From the NCBI RefSeq assembly GCF_054888695.1, contig NZ_CM142671.1: 32,000 bases of DNA; one strand, given 5' to 3'. The notes beneath the pieces were generated by a model. The model made no database searches. It worked only from the letters and a program-made list of their open reading frames with translations, and was not told where the DNA came from. How positions within the stretch are numbered: the stretch's first letter is position 1; every line of letters begins with the position of its first letter. Both the position numbers and the translations under genes were made by a program. Below, one piece after another: positions 1 to 10,300 of this stretch.

Positions 1-138
1 TTGATCAGGTATTGTTCTTATCTTGTTGTTATTTCCATTATTCCGCCTGTATTCATCATTTGCTAATCATGAATCATCATTTTCCCTCATGTTAAAGAAA
101 GGTCATTTAATCTGAACGCATAGCGACAGGGATGACAA

Positions 139-1302
139 ATGGCAGGGAAAGCGCATGGGAATGGCGATCGTCGGGGCGATAACACCATATGTGGATTGGG
201 GGATCGTTTACGTCGTCTGACCGCCGGTATTTGCCTGATAACACAAACTATTTTCCCTGTTATGGCTGCTGCCCCTACGCATATTAATTCTGCGCACTCG
301 GATACTGCCGTGTCACTGATCCTGCCGAACGTTAAAACTATTCCATATACCCTGGGGGCATTGGAATCGCCATCAACGGTCGCGGCACGCTTTGGTATCA
401 CCGTTGATGAATTACGCCGCCTGAATCAGTTCCGTACCTTTGCGCGGGGCTTTGACAATGTGCGTCAGGGCGATGAAATGGATGTGCCCCTCATTAACAG
501 TAATAGCCCCGAAGCGCGCAACCTGAAAGCAATGCAGATGGAGCGCGACGGCAAAGATCCGCAAATGCAGGTCGCGGAAATGGCGCAGCAAAGCGGAACA
601 CTTTTAGCACGCGATATGGACAGCGAACAGGCGGCGAGTATGGCGCGTGGCTGGGTAGCTTCTTCTGCCTCTGCGCAGGCAACGGACTGGCTCAGTCGTT
701 GGGGAACTGCCCGGGTATCTCTTGGTGTGGATGAAGATTTCAGCCTTAAAAGCTCTTCATTCGAATTTCTCCATCCCTGGTACGAAACGCCGGATAACCT
801 GGTCTTCAGCCAGCACACACTTCATCGTACGGATGATCGCACTCAAACCAACCACGGTATCGGCTGGCGTTATTTCACATCGAGCTGGATGTCTGGCGTC
901 AATATGTTTATCGATCATGACCTGACCCGCTATCACACCCGAACCGGGATGGGCGTTGAATACTGGCGCGATTACCTGAAACTGAGCGGCAACGGTTATC
1001 TGCGCCTCAGTAACTGGCGTAGTGCACCGGAACTCGACAATGACTATGAAGCACGTCCGGCGAACGGGTGGGATCTTCGCGCCGAAGGCTGGTTACCGGC
1101 CTGGCCGCAGCTGGGCGGCAAGCTGGTCTATGAACAATATTATGGCGATGAAGTGGCGCTGTTTGGTAAAGACGAGCGACAAAATGATCCTCACGCGATT
1201 ACCGCAGGTTTGAGTTACACCCCCGTTCCCCGATCTCCTTTAGTGCCGAGCAACGGCAGGGTAAACAGGGGGAAAACGACACCCGAATTGGTATGGAGTT
1301 GA
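139..1302 (+). CDS. air: N-terminal fragment of the inverse autotransporter: signal peptide, LysM peptidoglycan-binding domain and most of the beta-barrel translocator. It ends in 23 out-of-frame residues.
   Basis: - RLTAGICLITQ signal-peptide region typical of the intimin/invasin/YeeJ family.
- LysM-like segment YTLGALESPSTVAARFGITVDELRRLNQF..GDEMDVP.
- Barrel motifs DEDFSLKSSSFEFLHPWYETPDNLVFSQHTLHRTDDRTQTNHGIGWRYF and YEARPANGWDLRAEGWLPAWPQLGGKLVYEQYYGDEVALF.
- AGGGA Shine-Dalgarno about 8 nt upstream of the ATG. Confidence 0.85.
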   Translation: MAGKAHGNGDRRGDNTICGLGDRLRRLTAGICLITQTIFPVMAAAPTHINSAHSDTAVSLILPNVKTIPYTLGALESPSTVAARFGITVDELRRLNQFRTFARGFDNVRQGDEMDVPLINSNSPEARNLKAMQMERDGKDPQMQVAEMAQQSGTLLARDMDSEQAASMARGWVASSASAQATDWLSRWGTARVSLGVDEDFSLKSSSFEFLHPWYETPDNLVFSQHTLHRTDDRTQTNHGIGWRYFTSSWMSGVNMFIDHDLTRYHTRTGMGVEYWRDYLKLSGNGYLRLSNWRSAPELDNDYEARPANGWDLRAEGWLPAWPQLGGKLVYEQYYGDEVALFGKDERQNDPHAITAGLSYTPVPRSPLVPSNGRVNRGKTTPELVWS

Positions 1303-4300
1303 CGTTGCAACCCGGCCATTCACTGCAAAAACAGCTCGATCCGGCTGAAGTTGCAGCACGACGCAGCCTTGTGGGCAGTCGCTATGACCTGGTCGATCGT
1401 AATAACAATATTGTCCTCGAATATCGCAAGAAAGAGCTGGTGCGGCTGACGCTGACCGATCCGTTGAAAGGCAAGCCGGGTGAGGTTAAATCGCTGGTTT
1501 CTTCCTTGCAAACCAAATATGCGCTGAAAGGTTATGACATTGAAGCCGCCTCCCTGCAATCAGCGGGCGGAAAAGTAGCAGTTTCCGGCAAGGATATTCA
1601 GGTCACTATTCCTCCCTACCGATTCACGGCAATGCCTGAAACCGACAACACTTACCCGATAGCGGTTACAGCGGAAGATTCGAAAGGAAATTTCTCCCGG
1701 CGTGAAGAAAGTATGGTGGTCGTGGAAAAACCCACACTAAGCCTCACCGATTCAACGCTTTCTGTCGATCAGCAAATCCTGCTTGCTGATGGAAAATCAA
1801 CCTCAACGCTGACCTATACCGCGCGAGATTCCAGCGGCAAGCCAATCCCAGGTATGACGTTAAAAACACAGGTGAAAGGTTTGCAGGATTTCGCCTTAAG
1901 CGAATGGAAAGACAACGGTAACGGAACCTATACCCAAATAGTTACCGCCGGGAAGACGTCTGGCGCGTTATCGCTGATGCCGCAATTTAACGGCGACGAT
2001 ATCGCTAAGACGCCAGCGCTGATTGCTATCGTGGCGAATACGGCATCCCGCGCTGACTCCACGATTGAGACAGACCAGGATAATTACGTCGCGGGTAAGC
2101 CGATAGTCGTTAAAGTGACCCTGAGAGATGATAACGGCAACGGGGTTACCGGACGAAAAGAACTTCTCAAACAAACCGTTAAAGTTGACAACACGAAGGC
2201 TGATGACGTTAGTGCCTGGACGGAAGAAAGTGAGGGAATTTACAAAGCAAGCTATACGGCCCATCTCATTGGCGACAAATTAACGGCCCAGCTGACGATG
2301 CCCGGCTGGCAAACCAAACATTCGGATGCGTTCAGTATTGCGGGTGATAAAGATACCGCCAAAATCGCTGCGATGCAGATCACCGCGAATAACGCAGTTG
2401 CCAGACGCGATCACAATACCGTCGCTGTGACGGTCAGGGATGTGCATCAAAATTTACTGCAGGGACAAAATGTTACCTTCACGGTCGTGAATGGTGCGGC
2501 GGTTTTTGCCGATCCAAATGGCGGTATTGTGACGACAGATAAAGACGGGATTGCCAGAGTTAACCTTGCCAGTGACCAGGCGGTAAATAGTCTTATCAAG
2601 GCCGAGATCAATGGCAGTAGTCAGTCTGTGGAAGTGAGCTTTATCACTGGCGATATCTCGCAGCTGACCTCCACCATTAAGACAGACGATGTGTCATACA
2701 CCGCGGGTGGCAAGATAAAAGTGTCAGTTACCCTTATGGATGAGCAGAAAAACCTGGTGAAAGGGATGGCTTCGCTGCTGGCGGGTAGCAGTGTGGTCGA
2801 GGTGAGCGGTACAGATAAAAATGAAACGGGTAACTGGAGCGAAGAGTCTGATGGCGTTTACACCACCACCCGAACCGCGAAGATTGCTGGCGATCGCCAT
2901 TACGCCACGCTGAAACTATCGACATGGAGTAGCGCGCAGCAATCCGATGCGTATGCCATCCGCGAAAGCGGAGCTGTGCTGGCTTATTCCTCCATCGTTA
3001 CCGACAAAACGGCCTACACCGCGGGCGGTGCGATAAAAGTTACGGTAACACTCAAGGATAGCTATGAAAACCTGGTCGGGGGGCAACGAGACGCTATCAA
3101 CCTGGCTATCCAGCTGCCAAATACAAAAGCGGAAAGCATCGCCTGGAATGAAGATCAAAAAGGAATTTATACCGCAACGTATACCGCCTTACTCCCTGGC
3201 ACCGGTTTAAAAGCACAGCTACAGATGTCCGGCTGGGCGAACGCTCTGACTTCAAATGATTACAGTATTAGTGGCGATGCCGCCAGCGCACAAATTGTCG
3301 CGATGCAAGTGACAACGGGTAACCCGGATGTGCTGGCGAATGGCAGCGATCGACATACGGTGAATGTCCGGGTGGAAGATCAGTTTGGCAATGTGCTGCC
3401 GGAGCAGACCGTCACCTTTACGGTGACGAAGGGGGCGGCTGTATTTGCCAATGCAGGGCAGAGCGCAGATATCAGGACGGATGCGCATGGCATGGCAGAG
3501 GTTGATCTGAGCAGTACCGTCGCGGATGCCAGCACTGTTGAGGCTAAGATCAATCAAAGCAGCGATAGTAAAACGGTGAACTTTGTTGCTGATGTTAGCA
3601 CGGCGCAAGTCGCGGAGCTGGTGGTGACGCAGGACGGCTCAGTGGCAGATGGCGCGACGGCGAACACGCTGCGGGCGAGGGTCACCGATGCGTTCGGGAA
3701 TGCACTTGCCGGGCAGACGGTTAGCGTGTTGGCAGGCAACGGCGCAACGACTGCTCCGACGGTCACCACGCAGCCGGATGGCACGGTGGAGATCAGTGTC
3801 ACCAGCCAGACCGCCGGAACCAGTGTGATCACTGCCAGCGTCAACAGCAGTACCGCGAGCCGGAACGTGACGTTTGTTGCAGATGTCAGGACGGCGAAGA
3901 TCGCTGATCTGGTGGTCATTAAGGACGGCTCAGTGGCTGACGGCGCAATGGCGAACACGCTGCGGGTGAAGATCACCGATGCATTCGGTAATACGCTTGC
4001 CGGGCAGACAGTCAGCGTGTTGGCGGACAACGGTGCCACGACTGCTCCGACGGTCACCACGCAGCCGGACGGCACGGTGGAAATCAGTGTCACCAGCCAG
4101 ACGGCGGGAGTCAGTGCAGTCACTGCAACCATCAACAACAGCAGCCTGAGCCGGAACGTGACGTTTGTCGCCGATGTCAGGACGGCGCAGATCGCGAGTC
4201 TGGAGGTGACGCAGGATAACTCAGTGGCTGACGGCACAATGGCGAACACGCTGCGGGTGAAGATCACCGATGCATTCGGTAATACGCTGGGCGGGCAGAC

Positions 4301-7300
4301 AGTCAGCGTGTTGGCGGACAACGGTGCCACGACTGCTCCGACGGTCACCACGCAGCCGGACGGCACGGTGGAAATCAGTGTCACCAGCCAGACGGCGGGA
4401 GTCAGTGCAGTCACTGCAACCATCAACAGCAGTACTCAGAGTCAGAACGTGACATTTATCGCCGATGTCAGGACGGCGAAGATCGCTGATCTGGTGGTCA
4501 TTAAGGACGGTTCAGAGGCAGACGGTGCGACGGCGAACACGCTGCGGGCGAGGGTGACCGATGCGTTCGGTAATACGCTTGCCGGGCAGACGGTCAGCGT
4601 GATGGCAGGCAACGGCGCAACGGTTGCCCCAACGGTGATTACAGAGCCGGACGGCACGGCGGAGATCAGTGTCACCAGCCAGACGGCGGGAGTCAGTGCA
4701 GTCACCGCCAGCATCAACAACAGCAGCCAGAGCCGGGATGTGACGTTTATCGCGGATGTCAGAACGGCGAAGATCGCTGATCTGGTGGTCACCCGGGATA
4801 ACTCAGTGGCAGACGGTGCAATGGCGAACACGCTGCGGGTGAGGGTCACAGATGCGTTCGGGAATACGCTTGCCGGGCAGACGGTCAGCGTGTTGGCGGA
4901 TAACGGCGCAACGGTCGCTCCGACGGTCATCACAGGGCAGGACGGCACGGTGGAGATCAGTGTCACCAGCCAGACGGCGGGGATCAGTACAGTCACTGCA
5001 ACCATCAACAACAGCAGCCTGAGCCGGAACGTGACGTTTGTCGCGGATGTCAGGACGGCGCAGATCGCTGATCTGGTGGTCATTAAGGACGGCGCAGTGG
5101 CTGACGGCGCAATGGCGAACACGCTGCGGGTGGAGGTCACCGATGCATTCGGGAATGCACTTGCCGGACAGACGGTCAGCGTGACGGCAGACAACAGCGC
5201 AACGGTCACTCCGACGGTCACCACGCAGCCGGACGGGACGGTGGAGATCTCTGTCACCAGCCAGACCGCCGGAATCAGTGCGGTCACTGCCAGCATTAAC
5301 AGCAGCAGCCAGAGCCGGAATGTCACGTTTGTCGCCGATGTCAGGACGGCGCAGATCGCGGATCTGGTGGTGACGCAGGACGACTCAGTGGCAGACGGTG
5401 CAATGGCGAACACGCTGCGGGTGAGGGTGACGGATGCGTTCGGTAATGTGCTTGCCGGACAGACGGTCAGCGTGTTGGCAGGCAACGGTGCCACGACTGC
5501 TCCGACGGTCACCACGCAGCCGGATGGCACGGTGGAGATCAGTGTCACCAGCCAGACCGCCGGAATCAGTGCGGTCACTGCAACCATCAACAACAGCACC
5601 GCGAGCCAGAACGTGATGTTTATCGCCGATGTCAGGACGGCGAAGATCGCTGATCTGGTGGTCACCCGGGATAACTCAGTGGCTGACGGCACAATGGCGA
5701 ACACGCTGCGGGTGAAGATCACCGATGCATTCGGTAATACGCTGGGCGGGCAGACAGTCAGCGTGTTGGCGGACAACGGTGCCACGACTGCTCCGACGGT
5801 CACCACGCAGCCGGACGGCACGGTGGAAATCAGTGTCACCAGCCAGACGGCAGGCACCAGTGCGGTCACCGCCAGTATCAACAGCAGCAGCCAGAGCCGG
5901 GATGTGACGTTTATCGCCGATGTCAGAACGGCGAAGATTGCTGATCTGGTGGTCATTAAGGACGGCTCAGTGGCTGACGGCGCAATGGCGAACATGCTCA
6001 GGGCGAGGGTAACCGATGCATTCGGTAATACGCTTGCCGGGCAGACAGTCAGCGTGTTGGCGGACAACGGTGCCACGACTGCTCCGACGGTCACCACGCA
6101 GCCGGACGGCACGGTGGAAATCAGTGTCACCAGCCAGACGGCAGGCACCAGTGCGGTCACCGCCAGTATCAACAGCAGTACCGCGAGCCGGAACGTGACG
6201 TTTGTTGCAGATGTCAGGACGGCGAAGATCGCTGATCTGGTGGTCATTAAGGACGGCTCAGTGGCTGACGGCGCAATGGCGAACACGCTGCGGGTGAAGA
6301 TCACCGATGCATTCGGTAATACGCTTGCCGGGCAGACAGTCAGCGTGTTGGCGGACAACGGTGCCACGACTGCTCCGACGGTCACCACGCAGCCGGACGG
6401 CACGGTGGAAATCAGTGTCACCAGCCAGACCGCCGGAATCAGTGCGGTCACTGCAACCATCAACAACAGCACCGCGAGCCAGAACGTGATGTTTATCGCC
6501 GATGTCAGGACGGCGAAGATCGCTGATCTGGTGGTCACCCGGGATAACTCAGTGGCTGACGGCGCAATGGCGAACACGCTGCAAGTGAAGGTTACCGATG
6601 CTAACGGTAATACGCTTGCCGGGCAGACGGTCAGCGTGTTGGCGGACAACAGCGCAACGACTGCCCCGACGGTAATCACAGAGCCGGACGGTATGGTGGA
6701 GATCAGTGTCACCAGCCAGACGGCGGGCACCAGTGCGGTCACCGCCAGCATCAACAACAGCAGCCTGAGCCAGAGCGTGAAGTTTATTGCCGATGTCAGC
6801 ACGGCGCAGATCGCGATGCTGGAGGTGACGCAGGATAACGCGGTGGCAGACGGCGCAATGGCGAACACGTTGCAGGTGAAGGTGACCGATGCGTTCGGGA
6901 ATGCACTTTCCGGACAGACGGTCAGCGTGTTGGCAGGCAACGGTGCAACGGTTGCCCCAACGGTGATTACAGAGCCGGACGGCACGGCGGAGATCCCTGT
7001 CACCAGCCAGACGGCGGGAGTCAGTGCAGTCACCGCCAGCATCAACAGCAGCAGCCAGAGCCGGAACGTGACGTTTGTCGCCGATGTCAGGACGGCGCAG
7101 ATCGCTGATCTGGTGGTCATTAAGGATGGTTCAGAGGCGGACGGTGCGACGGCGAACACGCTGCGGGCGAGGGTGACCGATGCGTTCGGCAATGCACTTG
7201 CCGGGCAGACGGTCAGCGTGTTGGCGGACAACGGCGCAACGACTGCCCCGACGGTCATCACAGAGCCGGACGGTACGGTGGAGATCTCAGTCACCAGCCA

Positions 7301-10300
7301 GACCGCCGGAACCAGTGCGGTCACCGCCAGCATCAACAACAGCAGCCAGAGCCGAAACGTGACGTTTATCGCCGATGTCAGGACGGCGCAGATCGCGGAT
7401 CTGGTGGTCATTAAGGACGGTTCAGAGGCGGACGGTGCGACGGCGAACACGCTACGGGCGAGGGTGACCGATGCATTCGGTAATGCGCTTGCCGGGCAGA
7501 CGGTCAGCGTGTTGGCAGGCAACGGCGCAACGGTTGCCCCGACTGTCATCACAGGGCAGGACGGTACGGTGGAGATCTCAGTCACCAGCCAGACGGCGGG
7601 AGTCAGTGCAGTCACTGCGACCATCAACAACAGCAGCCAGAGCCGGAACGTGACGTTTGTCGCCGATGTCAGGACGGCGCAGATCGCGGATCTGGTGGTC
7701 ATTAAGGACGGTTCAGAGGCGGACGGTGCGACGGCGAACACGCTACGGGCGAGGGTGACCGATGCATTCGGTAATGCGCTTGCCGGGCAGACGGTCAGCG
7801 TGTTGGCAGGCAACGGCGCAACGGTTGCCCCGACTGTCATCACAGGGCAGGACGGTACGGTGGAGATCTCAGTCACCAGCCAGACGGCGGGAGTCAGTGC
7901 AGTCACTGCGACCATCAACAACAGCAGCCAGAGCCGGAACGTGACGTTTGTCGCCGATGTCAGGACGGCGCAGATCGCGGACCTGGTGGTCATTAAGGAC
8001 GACTCAGTGGCAGACGGTTCGACGGCGAACACGCTGCGGGCGAGGGTGACCGATGCGTTCGGGAACATGCTAGCCGGGCAGACGGTCAGCGTGTTGGCGG
8101 ACAACGGCGCAACGACTGCCCCGACGGTCATCACAGAGCCGGACGGGACGGTGGAGATCTCTGTCACCAGCCAGACCGCCGGAATCAGTGCGGTCACCGC
8201 CAGCATCAACAACAGCAGCCAGAGCCGGAACGTCACGTTTATCGCCGATGTCAGAATGGCGCAGATCGCGAGTCTGGAGGTGACGCAGGATAACTCAGTG
8301 GCTGACGGCACAATGGCGAACACGCTGCAGGTGAAGGTCACCGATGCTAACGGGAATGCACTTGCCGGGCAGACGGTCAGCGTGTTGGCGGACAACGGCG
8401 CAACGATCGCCCCGACGGTCACCACGCAGCCGGACGGTACGGTGGAGATCTCTGTTACCAGCCAGACGGCGGGGATCAGTACTGTCACAGCCAGCATCAA
8501 CAACAGCAGTCTGAGCCGGAACGTGACATTTATCGCCGATGTCAGCACGGCGAAGATCGCTGATCTGGTGGTCATTAAGGATGGTTCAGAGGCAGACGGT
8601 TCGACGGCGAATACGCTGCAGGTGAAGGTCACCGATGCTAACGGTAATACGCTTGCCGGACAGACGGTCAGCGTGTTGGCAGGCAACAGCGCAACGGTCA
8701 CTCCGACGGTGACCACCAAGCCGGACGGCACGGTGGAGATATCTGTAACCAGCCAGACGGCGGGAATCAGTGCAGTCACTGCCAGCATCAACAGCAGCAG
8801 TCAGAGCCGGGACGTGACATTTATCGCCGATGTCAGGACAGCGAAGATCGCTGAACTGGAGGTCATCCGGGATAACGCGGTGGCAGACGGTTCGACGGCG
8901 AATACGCTGCAGGTGAAGGTCACCGATGCTAACGGTAATGCGCTTGCCGGGCAGACGGTCAGCGTGTTGGCGGACAACGGCGCAACGGTTGCTCCGACGG
9001 TGATTACAGAGCCGGACGGCACGGTGGAGATATCTGTAACCAGCCAGACGGCGGGAATCAGTGCAGTCACTGCCAGCATCAACAGCAGCAGTCAGAGCCG
9101 GGACGTGACATTTATCGCCGATGTCAGGACAGCGAAGATCGCTGAACTGGAGGTCATCCGGGATAACGCGGTGGCAGACGGTTCGACGGCGAATACGCTG
9201 CAGGTGAAGGTCACCGATGCTAACGGTAATACGCTTGCCGGACAGACGGTCAGCGTGTTGGCGGGCAACAGCGCAACGGTTGCTTCGACGGTGACCACAA
9301 AGCCGGACGGCACGGTGGAGATCAGTGTCACCAGCCAGACGGCGGGCACCAGTACAGTCACCGCCAGCATCAACAACAGTAGCCAGAGCCAGAACGTCAC
9401 CTTTGTACCTGGTGATGCATCGCGGCTCACTTCAACCGTTGAAACAAATAAGTCGAACTATACGGTTGGAGAGACAATCACCATCACGGTAACGCTCCGG
9501 GATGCGTTCGATAATCTGGTAACCGGTGCAGCTTCACAGTTAGCCGCTGATGGTGTGCTGACGGTGGCTGGCACTGACCCGTCAGAAACGGGAAGCTGGG
9601 TTGAATCAGGTGGCGTGTATACCACAACCCGAATGGCGACGATTGCCAGTACCAATCAGCACGCCAACCTGCAATTGCAGACGTGGAGTGATGGCGTAAC
9701 GTCAGATCGCTATGACATACAGTCCGGTTCTCCGGCGCAAGCCACATCAACTATCGCTACGGATAAAAACGCCTACACCGCTGGTGACACTATAACCGTC
9801 GCTGTGACGCTGAAAGACGCGCACGGTAACCTGGTTGAAGGGGGCGAGTCCTTATTGTCTGGTGATAACGTAACAGTAGAAGGAGCCGTACGTTCAGGAG
9901 GATGGTCTGAAACCGCCGGTGTTTATACTGCTACATGGTCGGCGCAAATGGCGGGAGACTCTCACCACGCGACGCTGAAGTTGTCTGAATGGGGCAGCAG
10001 TAAACAATCAGAGAGTTATTCCATCCACAGCGGTGCTCCGGTGCAGGCAAATTCTGCTATCAGGACAGATAAATCGGCATATATCGCCGGGGAGCCATTA
10101 ACCGTCACAATAACGTTGCGGGATGAGTTTGGTAACCCTGCTTTAGGGCTGACATCAGAAGTCATCGAGTCTTATATTGATAGTTTCGCGGTAGGCGGCG
10201 CAACTCCCGATTCTATGCGGTGGGTCGAGCAGAATAATGGTGAATATACCATTGTCTGGACAGCATGGGTTGCCGAGGAAAATCTGGTTGCCAGTCTGAA

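Noticed and set aside
87-925. ORFs overlapping the 5' part of air: 87..401 (-), 465..818 (-), 494..682 (-) and 722..925 (+).
   Set aside because: They overlap a region with clear LysM and beta-barrel homology in the plus-strand frame 1, and they have no independent support.
1222-1235. Programmed ribosomal frameshifting at the barrel/passenger junction.
   Set aside because: The sequence acc ccc gtt ccc cga tct has no canonical X XXY YYZ slippery heptamer, and I see no obvious downstream stimulatory structure. A missing T in an ancestral ccc ctg atc explains the frames more simply. It remains an untested alternative in the corresponding finding.
4270-7944. A series of 60-aa Arg/Pro/Ser-rich ORFs on the plus strand (4270, 5434, 5725, 6016, 6307, 7180, 7471, 7762).
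   Set aside because: They are out-of-frame readings of the same 291-bp unit, spaced at 291 bp or exact multiples. They are useful for measuring the repeat period but are not genes.
4442-8791. A 1,449-aa ORF on the minus strand, plus related minus-strand ORFs at 3554..4426, 8801..9082 and 9092..9430, antisense to the adhesin repeat array.
   Set aside because: It is a by-product of the repeat. The GC-rich, repetitive sense codons happen to avoid antisense stop triplets, so once one unit is open antisense all of them are. The product is a low-complexity Ala/Val/Thr/Leu/Ser string with no start context, and the sense frame has clear Big-domain homology.
3588-9407. Whether the regular repeats could be a CRISPR array or a satellite.
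   Set aside because: The units are 291 bp, directly abutting with no spacers, in frame, and encode Ig-like domains. No cas genes are present.
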